Shown here: positions 52,236-63,684 of the stretch, in pieces
Layout: each line of letters opens with the position of its first letter
Numbering within the stretch: the stretch's first letter is position 1
From: Basidiobolus meristosporus CBS 931.73
Lineage: Eukaryota > Fungi > Basidiobolomycota
Assembly: GCA_002104905.1 (NCBI GenBank)
Contig: MCFE01000260.1
Coordinates: 1-64,000 of the forward strand
Length of the DNA: 64,000 nt
Direction: 5' to 3'
Translations under genes and position numbers: made by a program
Notes under the pieces: generated by a model
What the model was told of the DNA's origin: nothing
Database searches by the model: none
The model's input: the letters and a program-made list of their open reading frames with translations, nothing else

Positions 52236-54878
52236 AGATGTTGCTGCAAGAGTCTTGGAGAAGTTGGAAGTGATTGGGAGAACAAATAGATTATTTAATT
52301 TTCACTTGATGATTAACTGAATGTAAAAGTGATATCTTTACTTTTACAAGGTCTCAGCATAACAAACATGCAAAGTAGGTGAAGGAAGTTCCTAAGAGCA
52401 TGTGTGCAAGGTTTGAGGCTACTTTAGCTAGGTTATTTTCTAAAGCTTCATGTATGGAATGATGTCTAATATCTAGGTGCTTAGCTTTAGCATGAAAAGC
52501 TTGACTTCTACTTAATTGGGAGATTTTTGATTATCTTGAAATAGAATATTAGGTGTCTTTTGACATGGGCCTAAATATTAAAAGCTCCCTTAACCACATT
52601 GCTTTGTTTGTAGTTTCACCAGCTGCCATATACTCTGCCTCTGTGGAAGAAAGTGCTCCAGTTGGTTGCTTTCTTGAATTTCTTGAAGTTGCTCCTTTAC
52701 AGTAAAGAATGGTGTAACCTGTGGTAGCTCTTCTGTCTACCAAATATTGTCCCCATTCAGCATCAGAGTCTCCCACTAGATTATGTTTGGAATGCTTATA
52801 ACTGTATCTTAAGCAGATATCAGAAGTTTCTTTTAGGTATCTAAAAATCCTCTTAACTGCTGCAATATGATCAAATCCATAATTCTGATTATACTGGCCA
52901 ACAAGTTCTACTGAATATGAGATATCTGGAAGTGTTCCAAGCATGATATACATCAGACTGCCAATCATAGATTGATAAGGAAAGTCAGGGCTTTCAGATG
53001 GCCCTAAGCTCTCTTAATTCTTTTGCATTTTGACCAAGGTAAGGTTTGTCTTCATTGGGGTAGCTGCCTGTTTAAAGTCTTCTATTTGGTACTTCATTGT
53101 ATATCAGGAATATACTTGGATAGGTTTAAGGTGATAGTCTGGGTACTTTTGTCTATGGAGAACTTTATCCCAAAGTAGTACCTGAGATCTCCCAGACTGG
53201 ACATCTTGAGCTCTTTAGATAGGCTGGACTCAGCTTCTTCCAATGTTTGTAGGTTGTTGGTGGCTATGATAAGATCATCCACATAGAGTGCTGATAGAGC
53301 TGGACTTGTTCTATCTGGCTTAGAGTATATGCTACAGTCATCATTACTTCTTTTGAAACTCAAGGTTTCCAAATAATAGTCTATTTTACAATTCCAGGCT
53401 CTTGGTGATTGTTTGAGTCCATATAGAGACTTTTTAAGCTTGCAGACCAAATGGGGGTTATCTTGATCAAGAAAACCCATTGGCCTGGTCCCTATACATG
53501 TTCTCATCAAGTTCTTCATTCAAAATGCAGTTCTTACATTCACTTGATGTATAAAAAACTTACATTTGGCTGCAATAGCTAATATGAGTCAGATGAAATC
53601 AAACTTGTCAACAGGTGCAAATGTCTCAATAAAGTCAAGTCCCTTTGTTTGAGAATGCCCTTTGGCCACCAGTATTGCTTTGTATCTTTTAACTTGCCAT
53701 CAGCCATGTATTTTGTCATAAGGACTCATTTGCAACCAGTGGATTTTTGGTTGATTGATAATTGGACTAAGTCCCAAGTTTGATTTTCCATCAGGGCCTG
53801 ATATTCCTCAGTCATTGCAGATCTCCAAAACTTTGTCTGAGGGCTATTTACGCCCTCTTTTACAGTCTGGAGTATGTCAGTATGGACTGAATAGGCATAG
53901 GATAAGTTTGTACCCTCATTGATATAGAAATTTGGGCTTTTTTTGTCTCTTTGCATCTCTGTGCATTTGATGCTGGAGTGATCACTTCTGGAATATTCTT
54001 GGGCACTGCTTCAGGTTGAGCCACAGTTGTAGAGTCCTCTGCAGTGAGAACATCTTCACTGTTTTGCTGTGATTCAATCCTGTCAATTGGTGGACTTAAG
54101 TTCAGATTTTTGTTATCATCTGATGTTGTATATAGTAGACTTGTTCCATCGTACTGTGCCAGGGCGCGCAGCGTGATCTGCAGTTGCAAAGAACAATCAG
54201 GCGCAATATTATAGCTACCAGAAGGCAGGATTGTTCTTGGACAATTTTGCACTATGCAGGACAATCTCGCACACTATGGCACAATCTGACACGATGAGGT
54301 TGGCGCGGATGATTGCGCCAACTTGTAATGTTTGCATCACGTGCGCAATTGGATACCGCTTTAATGGCAGGTAAAATCCGGTATTTGTATATGTTTCTTT
54401 AATGTAAATGGAAATAAATGTGTATCACACTATAACTACACTGATACTTACCATTTTGGTTACCCTCACTCCAATTGGACGGCATCTCAGTGGTTAATTG
54501 GTCCAAAAGTATCCTGAAGCTGGCAGCCCCCAATTGGCTCATTGACTACTGAAAAAGCTACCTGATTTGCCATCAAATATCCCATTTTGCCCATTGAGCA
54601 AGTAAATCCCTGATCCTAGTGATTGGACAAGGTGTCATAGCTAGTACGCAAGCGATCGTGTAGGTGCAAAACAGATCCAATAGCTGCACTGGTATTACAG
54701 ATGACGTAAATATATGCAGGGTGTTTATTTATAGGGGTTCTGTCTCAAATGTGAGACAACCTTGATATTACTTATATCAAAAATTTGATGATCACTGATT
54801 TGCAGTGGCTTGATTGGGATTGCAAAAAAAAAGGGTTGTTGGGATCATTGCAAATGTGAGCAATTCAAAGCAATTGCA

Positions 54879-57282
54879 TCATCTTCTCCTGGGTTTTTTT
54901 CTCACAAGGATTACTACTGAAGCATTTGGTAGTGACTCACTTTGCACACCTATACTACTTCCTGGCTGACTATCATCTTGGCTACTTGTGTATTTGTAGT
55001 CAGTATTTTGCCTCCTAGTTGATGAGTGCAATGCTGCAGCTTGGCCGTGCTGAATTGCTCCAACTAAACCAACTGAACCGGCCTGTAGTGCCACGCGCTG
55101 ACGCGTTCTTTTACTTGCCAAGGGCTCTAGTGGTTGAGGCACTTCATGTTGGTCATCATCAGTCAGTTCACCAGAAGTAACTTGCTGATGGTCAGGCAAA
55201 ATGGCACGCGCAGGCGCGCCTTGACGGGTTGAGATGGCCCTTGGCTGAGTTCAATGTGATGCCGCATGTTGACGCAACTTGGTCCGCTCCAATGGACTTG
55301 TGTCTAAATGAGCAGTTTGGCAAGTTCTTGTAGTTTTGCTCTGAAGCACACACGTTGACTTGATGCGGGGCGTTCTGGTAAAGGGTGTTGGCATGGTCTG
55401 GACTGACGTGTGCCGGCGCGCTGTGGTTGCAAGAGATGGTAGGGAATCCAGCAAGGTGTGCTGGCGCAATCTGGACAATGTTGCTTGCGGTCTATATTCT
55501 TCCTCCTGAAGCTCACCATCTGATACCTCAAGGTATTCACTTACCCTCTGTCTGATACTTTGGAGCTGTTGCCTGGATGAGTCCTGTGTATATTGCTCTT
55601 GGAAGCCACTTAGCTCTACTAATATATCACGTAGTACATTAGTCATTTGAGGCAAAAACTCATTCAAAATCTCTTTGGTTCCTGAAGTTGAGGCACAAAT
55701 GGACGCGTATGGCCCGTACTGTGCAAATTGCGCGCAAAATTGTTCCCGCGCGGCTTCTTTGTCAAATCCCCTCACTCTCAGCTCATTCTTGATTTCAATA
55801 CTTGGCTTGTTATATATCTTTTTACATACATTGGCTGGCATCTTGATGTAGAACTCATGCCACAGCTTTCTACTCAGATTCTTCCATCTTTGTTGACTCT
55901 CTGAGGTATCTAGTTCTGCTAGATTAATCAGTAGTGCCCAGATATCTGTATGAAGGCTCATCATAGACACTTGTGCCATACTAAAATCATTTGGCAAGAA
56001 CTCAAATGGATCCAACATTGACTTTTCCGGTCCAGTGTGGTGGTGTATAGGTCCAAGGGAGAGATACGTCCAACACTTCTCAAGTGTTTTGTGTGTGGGG
56101 TGTTCACTGGGTGCAATAACCTCTGGCAAAAGCTTGCTAGGAATACTTGGGTTCTGTCTCTAATCTAATGTGAAGGGGAATAAAGCCACAAGCTTGTCAA
56201 GGGAAAACTATTGAGCTACAATCCCCAACTTAGTTGGTGTCTTAACAAAAGTATGTGCTGGGTTCAGCATCCTTTGAGATGACAATGTACTAAAGCTTCC
56301 AAAGTCAAAACAACTGTAAACTCCACCAGCAGGGACTTGATAAGAATGCAGCTGTGGCCAATAGTTACAAAGACAGAAAAGTATCTTTGCCTGTACAAGA
56401 ACAAACTTGGGAAAGAATCAAATATAATAAAAGATACCTACTCTGAGTATTCCTCACAAGTAGTGCCTCCAAGGTCAGTTGGCTGTCAGCGCGGTTTCCT
56501 GGGAGTGTCCTGTGGTCTGGGGTTGGAAGCTCAGGTAGCAGCAGGTAGCAGTGATCACACTAATCAACAAGTTGGTATATTGATAAAAGGGATGATGATT
56601 TATTGTTGAGGGATAGCCTCCCTTATATACTTTTCTCACTGGCTAAGTGATTACTAATCATGGTGTTACAGAAGGTTCCGGAGATCAATAGAAATCTTAA
56701 TGACATCAGAATGACCTAAGAATGTTCTAAGTAGGTGCCGGAAGGTTCTAAGAGGCACAGCACATCCAACCAATCAAGAAACATTATTCTGAAACCTGTG
56801 TAACATGGGGATACCATATATGGTATGGAAATGGTAGGGATGGTGACATGGGCTGATCATGTGTCATGGGTACTGGCGCAGGTACTTGCCTAATATAGAA
56901 GTACTTATAGCTAGTAATCTTACATAAAGTGAGGGGTAACTTATGCAATAAGGTAAGCAGGTGTGATAGTCAACCGGCTTATGGGATAGTACTGATTGGG
57001 TAAAACAAATGGGATAAAACTGAAATAAGTGTAGTAGAGATATAGGGAAGTAGAAAATAAGGGAATGAGCACATCTGTCAGTGGGTGTCACTGTCACCCC
57101 ACTACACCGGACTGCACTTGTGAGCTGGGGGATGGGTTTTGTCTGGGTTGTACTAAACATGAGTTGAGGCTTGGTATGGGGACCATAGCAACGGATTTGG
57201 ATACTTATACAGCAGTATATTGGCATCAACCTGGTCTTATATGAAATATATATGAAACTAACATGATTGCTGAATTTTCCAT
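54879..57282 (-). pseudogene. PHIS accessory gene (ORF2), putative Myb/SANT-trihelix DNA-binding protein; one in-frame TGA plus a solo-LTR insertion
   Basis: ORFs 55251..56129 and 54879..55199 are in the same frame, separated by a single TGA and 17 sense codons. ESQQRWKNLSRKLW resembles the last helix of MADF/trihelix domains. The 5' part (MENS...) is shared with 60987-61193. The 5' exon structure is unresolved. Confidence 0.6.
56036..57106 (+). mobile_element. Solo LTR-like insertion (family C), 1071 bp
   Basis: TGTGGTGG...CCACTACA ends; flanks CCAG/CCGG (4-bp imperfect TSD). The insertion is absent from the paralogous site at 61012-61030. Confidence 0.85.
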
Positions 57283-57544
57283 ATATTATGCATGATGCAT
57301 CTTGGATTGCGTTGACACGGATCAGATCACATCAATTACAGATTTCCTATTTGATTATAGACCTATGATTAAAGCATCAATAAAAGTACCAAGGCATTGT
57401 TTGCGGATGATTTTTGCAACATAATGATGGGATACATGGCAATTGATGGAGATTTAACCATAATTTGTTAAAAATTAGATAAATAACGCAGATCGCGCCA
57501 AATCAATTCAAACCACCTCCATACAATCATCCATCAATTTTAAT

Positions 57545-58428
57545 ATGACTTACTCATCTGAATGGTCTTTTCTCATCAATCCCATCACTACCACTGGATT
57601 TCCTTTTGACACACTAGAGGAGATCTATTCCAAGTACTGTGGACCATCAACCCCAATCTACTCAAGGAGATCCCTTGTTAAGCTTCTCTGCAATTACAAG
57701 AACTATTGCCCCACAAGGTTTCATCCCACCATCCATGGCAACAAAAGTCCTAGAAGCTTTCATTCCCAGCTGACAGCAATGGAGAACCACCTTGCAGAGG
57801 GTATGAATGACTTAGAGCAAGCTTGGAATACTAGGTTCAGAAGCTCCAATAGACTTCCATATCCCAGAGTGTTCAGCAACAGGTTCCATATCAGGAGTAT
57901 TTTGGATACCTTCCCAGTGAGGATTAACAGACCTTCTAGAGGGCAGAGGCACTTTTATTCTGGCAAGTACAAGGCACACTGTGTGAAGTTTCAAGTACTG
58001 TCTGACATTGAGGGTAACATCATCTGGTTTAGTGGGCCATTTGCTGGAAGTAGGCATGACAAAGCACTCTGGGTAGAGAATCATCCTGAATTCAGTAGAG
58101 GGGAGAAATGTATGGCAGACTTAGCCTATATAGGAGAGGATTGTCAGAGATTAGGATGTATTACAGCTTATAGGAAGCCAAGGAATGGTGTGCTTAGCAG
58201 GCAGCAGAAGCTTTACAATGAGATATTTAATCATTTCAGAGTAAGGGTAGAGCACACATTTGGATATCTGAAGAGATTCAGCATATTGGCAGGTAATGCA
58301 GAGGAAAGTCATATATAGGTGAAAACAGCAGAATAGGTAAAATAGTTAAGATACTTATTAATGCACAGTATGTTCATACAAGAAGACATCCACTGAGAGA
58401 AATGTGTCTGGAGCATTATGAAGAGTAA
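57545..58428 (+). pseudogene. PHIS/Harbinger-like DDE transposase copy 1 (DDE_Tnp_4-type), 1-bp deletion at ~58295
   Basis: ILDTFP, FYSGKYKAHCVKFQ, SGPFAGSRHD, MADLAY, FRVRVEHTFGYLK. GGTAAT here versus GGTAAAT in copy 2 truncates the C-terminus. Confidence 0.9.
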
Positions 58429-58755
58429 ATAAAGCAAGGAAAGCACTATTCTGAGCAACATAAGTAAGATTGAGTAAAATTACCAGTAACTGTATCATAC
58501 CACTGGCATCATGGTAGAAATTATAGTGCCAGATCAATCCGGCACTATAAACAGGCTGGCACTATGTGGCACTATCCAACGGAACAAGTCTATTATTCAT
58601 TTGAGGCAAAAACTCATTCAAAATCTCTTTGGTTCCCAAAGTTGAGACACAAACAGATGTGTCCAGCCCATACTGTGCAAATTGCACGCAAAATTGTTCC
58701 CACACGACTTCTTCATCAAATCCCTTCACTCTCAGCTCATTCTTGATTTCAATAC

Positions 58756-60783
58756 CCCTACAAAAAATTATTGAGATGATCCTGTCAAAAGGCCATCACA
58801 AAGTTAATGTCCCATGACTGAGAGGTACTGATCTTGTCAGGACTCCGTCCAGAGACCGTTGAAAAATAATTGCACCCCAGATTTCACAAAAACTTCGTCA
58901 AAATTTTCCATCACAACAATGTATAAGTGGCTTTTGATTGGCTCCCTGCCAATTTGCTCACTTTCTGATCCCAGACACTCTATTGCCTCCTACGTTTGTG
59001 TGAATTGATTGGCTATTGCCTCTTTTTCACACTCCTTACTTCCTGACTCAGCTGTTTCTCTTACTTTTCATGCGTACAAATTGATTTATTTCTGTTGAAA
59101 CTTCAGTTGTACCTCAATTGCCAATTGTATTGACCTATACAAGTCTCTATACCCTACACTAAGATTAAGCCCAACCCCACACTCAACAAGTAACTCCATT
59201 AGAATCCACCACTCAATAAGTATTTCTGATGTAACGCTCTGGTCCCACAACTTTGGCGGGAACCCAACTGCCTTATGTCACTTTTCATTCACTGGTTCCC
59301 ACACGTCCTGGTCTTCAGCTGGCACTGTAAGGTCTAGCTCCTCATCTGGCAGTCTTTGCAATAAATCCTTGCAATATTCCAGTGCATGTTCTTGAGCACT
59401 GCTCTTGAAGAAGTGCTGCAACCTCTTGGTGTGCCTATTAATGTTCCAAAACTCCACTCAAGGCATTGCGATAGTCTTTCAAGCTCTTGACATTGTAGCC
59501 TTGTCTGTCAGTGGGATCTCCACTCTGTCAACAATGGAGGCTGTGGTAGAAAAATTGCTTTCTTCAGCAAACTCATCTACCTTGCCGGAGTGTAGCTCAA
59601 GTGGCTGCGCTTCCAACTCTTGTGAAAACAGCTGTTTTCTTGTTGGTAATTTTTCTTGGTTATGATGGGATTCAGTCTGTTCCTGGACTGTGGCGTTAAT
59701 TGGCAAGAGCTGCAGCTTTTTTTCATGCCTCCCTGTCTTAGGCTTGGGTAGACATTTTTCCCTTTACCTTTTCCTTTATCACTGCCAGGTCTTTCACTAC
59801 TACTTTGTCTGAGTGCTTCTTGTAAAGAATTACATTTTCTCCTGGATAAATTCTGCTCTGACTCATCTGTTTTGGCCTACTTGTCCCTTGCTGGCACTCT
59901 TTGGGCAGCCTGACGTTTCTTTTCAGCTTGTTTTGAGCTCTTGACTGTAGTTGTGACGGGCTCCTGTAAAAGCTGCTGGTTTTTATCACTGCCAGGTCCT
60001 TTACTGCTACTTTGACTGGGTGCTTCTTGAGTGCTAAATACCAAGAAGTTCTTTGCCAATATTCAGGAGGTATTCATGGCAGAAGTGGCAACAACCAAGC
60101 ATATGTTTGCAAGATGTATATGCTACCAGCAGTACAAGGTATATGGCAACTTTGCAAGTATCACACTAAAAAGCCATAAAGTTGAGGTGATAGAAGTATG
60201 TCAATTGTGGCAGGTGTGCACATTTGTAGAGGTTAGTAAGCAGGAGGCCATAGTATTTTTTGATTCAAACTATATGTGGAATACCCAAGGTAGTAGTGGG
60301 TAAGCAAATAAAGAAAGGTGATTCTACAGTGGAATATATGTATTGCACAAGGGGAGGTAGAAAAGGGAAATACCATTTGGTAAATTAGTACGGTAGCATT
60401 ATACATAACCAGCGGCAGGCTGTCATACTGCCGTAAAAAAAAGCCATCAGAGTCTTGCTGTGAGGCTGTCAAAATACCGTCAAGTTTCTTGCCATATAAG
60501 GCAATTGGAAGTCCTGGCCAACTGGATCCACTTAAAATAGTAATAGAGCGCTGAAAGACCGTAACAATAACATGCAAATATTGTCACAGCACCAATCAAA
60601 AATTGTCAAGTTTTATCCCTTTATTTGGCTGAAAAATTTGCAAAACACCGTCATGATCTTGTTATAAGATCATCAGGAGGGTCGCTAATTTCAAGCTGCT
60701 GCTATTATGACAGTCGCTGAATGGGATCTTGACGGATGATCCTGATTGGATCCACCTGCGGGACCAAATTATTTTTCATAGGG
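58756..60783 (+). mobile_element. Non-autonomous CACTA-like element, 2028 bp, with CCCTA...TAGGG ends
   Basis: Perfect 3-bp TSD TAC (58753-55, 60784-86). ORF2 sequence rejoins across it as in copy 1 (55790-55815). Confidence 0.9.
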
Positions 60784-61455
60784 TACTTGTCTTGTTATAT
60801 ATCTTCTTACATACATTGGCTGGCATCTTGATGTAGAACTCATGCCACAGCTTTCTACTCAAATTCTTCCATCTTTGTTGACTCTCCAAGGTATCTAGTT
60901 CTGCTAGATTAATCAGCAGTGCCCAAATATCTGTATGAAGGCTCATCATAGACACTTGGGCCATACTAAAATCATTTGGCAAGAACTCAGACAGATCCAA
61001 CATTGACTTTTCCGGTCCAGACCACACTTGTGAGCTGGGGGATGGGTTTTGTCAGGGTTGTACTAAAGATGAGTTGAGACTTGGTATGGGGACCATAGCA
61101 ATCAATTTGTATACTTATACAGCAGTATATTGGCATCAACCTGGTCTTATATGAAATATATATGAAAACTAATGTGATTGTTGAATTTTCCATATATTAT
61201 GCATGATGCATCTTGGATTGCGTTGACTTGGATCAGATCACATCAATTGCAGATGTCCTATTTGATTATAGACCTATGATTAAAGCATCAATAAAAGTAC
61301 CAAGGCATTGTTTGCGGATGATTTTTGCAACAAAATGATGGGATAAATGGCAATTGATGGAGATTTAATCATAATGCATTAAAAATCTGATAAATAACAC
61401 AGATTGCGCCAAATTAGCTCAAACCACCTCCATACAATCATCCACCAATTTTAAT

Positions 61456-62340
61456 ATGAATTACTCCTCTGAATGGTCTTTTCTCATCAATCCCATCACT
61501 GCCACTGGATTTCCTTTTGACACACTAGAGAAGATCTATTCCAAGTACTGTGGACCATCAACCCCAGTCTACTCAAGGAGATCCCTTGTTAAGCTTCTCT
61601 GCAATTACAAGAACTATTGCCCCACAAGGTTTCATCCCACCATCCATGGCAACAAAAGTCCTAGAAGCTTTCATTCCCAGCTGACAGCAATGGAGAACCA
61701 CCTTGCAGAGTGTATGAATGACTTGGAGCAAGCTTGGAATACTAGACTCAGAAGCTCCAATAGACTTCCATATCCCAGAGTGTTCAGTAACAGGTTCCAT
61801 ATAAGGAGTATTTTGAATACCTTCCCAGTGAGGATTAACAGACCTTCTAGAGGGCAGAGGCACTTTTATTCTGGCAAGTACAAGGCACACTGTGTGAAGT
61901 TTCAAGCACTGTCTCACATTGAGGGTGACATCATCTGGTTTAGTGGGCCATTTGCTGGAAGTAGGCATGACAAAGCACTCTGGGCAGAGAATCCCCCTGA
62001 ATTCATTAGGGGGGAGAAATGTATGGCAGACTTAGCCTATATAGGAGAGGATTGTCACAGATTAGGATGTATTACAGCTTATAGGAAGCCAAGGAATGGT
62101 GTGCTTAGCAGGAAGCAGAAGCTCTACAATGGGATATTTAATCATTTCAGAGTGAGGGTAGAGCACACATTTGGATATCTGAAGAGATTCAGCATATTGG
62201 CAGGTAAATACAGAGGAAAGTCATATATAGGAGAAACCAGCAGAATAGGTAAAATAGTTAAGATACTTATTAATGCACAGTATGCTAATACAAGAAGACA
62301 TCCACTGAGAGAAATGTGTCTGGAGCATTATGAAGAGTAA
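61456..62340 (+). CDS. PHIS/Harbinger-like DDE transposase copy 2, 294 aa, open but first putative catalytic Asp changed to Asn
   Basis: Near-identical to copy 1; ILNTFP (AAT at 61816) versus ILDTFP (GAT at 57905). Confidence 0.88.
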   Translation: MNYSSEWSFLINPITATGFPFDTLEKIYSKYCGPSTPVYSRRSLVKLLCNYKNYCPTRFHPTIHGNKSPRSFHSQLTAMENHLAECMNDLEQAWNTRLRSSNRLPYPRVFSNRFHIRSILNTFPVRINRPSRGQRHFYSGKYKAHCVKFQALSHIEGDIIWFSGPFAGSRHDKALWAENPPEFIRGEKCMADLAYIGEDCHRLGCITAYRKPRNGVLSRKQKLYNGIFNHFRVRVEHTFGYLKRFSILAGKYRGKSYIGETSRIGKIVKILINAQYANTRRHPLREMCLEHYEE

Positions 62341-63407
62341 ATAAAGCAAGTAAAGCACTATTCTGAGCAACATAAATAAGATTGAGTAAAATTACCAGTA
62401 ACTGTATCATACCACTGGCATCATGGTAGAAATTATAGTGCCAGATAGTGCCATAGGGTGCCAGATTGATCCGGCACTATAAACAGGCTGGCACTATGTG
62501 GCATTATCCAACAGAACAAGTCTAGTAAAAATTTTGAATTTCATCACAGAGCACATACCTGGACTTGATCAGCTTCTTTGCTTTGATGTTGTAGAGTCTG
62601 TATGCTTCACTCTCATTGCAGTAGCCCAAAAATATGCATTTTACACTTTTTGGCTCAAATTTTGACTGATTTTAAGACAGTTTTTTGGCATATGCTTCAC
62701 ACCCAGACTTTCTTAGATGTTCTGCACTTGGTCTGCATCCATATTGTGCTTTATATGCAGTAGAGTCACAAAGTACTCTGACATAAGTCCTATTCTTAAG
62801 GCACACAGCTGTGGCAACTAATTCTGCCCAAAAGTCATAGGATAATTTTTGATCATGGATTATAGATCTAGCCATTTCAATTATTGATCTGTTTGAGCAT
62901 TCTGCTACACCATTTTGCTCTGGGGAGTAAGGTACAGTAATATCTTGTTTTATGCCATGAGTTTTGCAGAAGTGGATGAAGAGTTTTGAGGTATATTCTC
63001 CACCATTGTCAGAGTAAATTTTCAGGATTTTTTCACCAGTTTCTCTCTCTGCCATGGCTTTAAGCTCCCTGAGCTTGGACAGAGCTTCTTCCTTTCTCCC
63101 CATGAAGCAGACCCATCTGTATCTTGTAAAATCATTAATAAAAGTGATTGAATATTCCATCCTGCCTAAGGATACATTTTGCATTGGTCCACACAGATAT
63201 GAGTGAACTAGATCTTGTTTTTTCTTAGTTTTGATTAGCCCAGAGCTCTTGAACAGTTGTCTGACTTGTTTCATCAGAGTCTTACTGTGAGGCCGTCAAA
63301 ATACTGTGAAGTCTCTTGTCATATAAGGCAACTGGATGTCCTGGCCAGTTGGATTCACATAAAATGGTTGTAGAGTGCTAAAAGTTAAATCTCAAGTTGA
63401 AGGGGAG

Positions 63408-63680
63408 TGTTGAAATATTGAACTATGTGGTGTCATTCAGCAGCTGAAAGTTTACTTAACAATTCTGGACTAGTCTTTGTCTCTGTGGGACTAATTTGCA
63501 CTCTCAATTTTGCCACTTTCTTTCAGAACTATGATCCTATTATTATTCCCCTATAGTCTAGATTAAATAAGCACTTTTACCAAACATTATATACTAACCT
63601 TAAAACTATTACAAAATGCTCCAGATTGTTAAGAAACTCTCCTTACTTAGTACTACAGTTGTATTACTTCTACAAGGATA
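63408..63680 (+). mobile_element. Probable 3' LTR of another copia-like family (end approximate)
   Basis: TGTTGAAATA directly after PPT-like GAAGGGGAG. Confidence 0.4.
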
Positions 63681-63684
63681 TAAA

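Larger units (their letters stand above)
54137..62523. mobile_element. Compound PIF/Harbinger-superfamily (PHIS) element: one left end, two right ends, two transposase genes
   Basis: TIR AGACTTGTTC at 54137; GAACAAGTCT ending at 58591 and at 62523. AGT TSD at 54134-36 and 62524-26. Confidence 0.88.
52240..63274 (-). mobile_element. Decayed copia-A copy (IN-RT-RH plus partial LTR) split by the 8.4-kb PHIS block
   Basis: 62527-63274 aligns to 17440-18190 and 52430-54133 aligns to 18190-19890 of the intact element. The two parts rejoin at AGT. A partial inverted LTR lies at ~52240-52420. Confidence 0.85.

Noticed and set aside
53860-54264. 134-aa minus-strand ORF
   Set aside because: Junction artefact spanning the PHIS left end and copia-A linker sequence.
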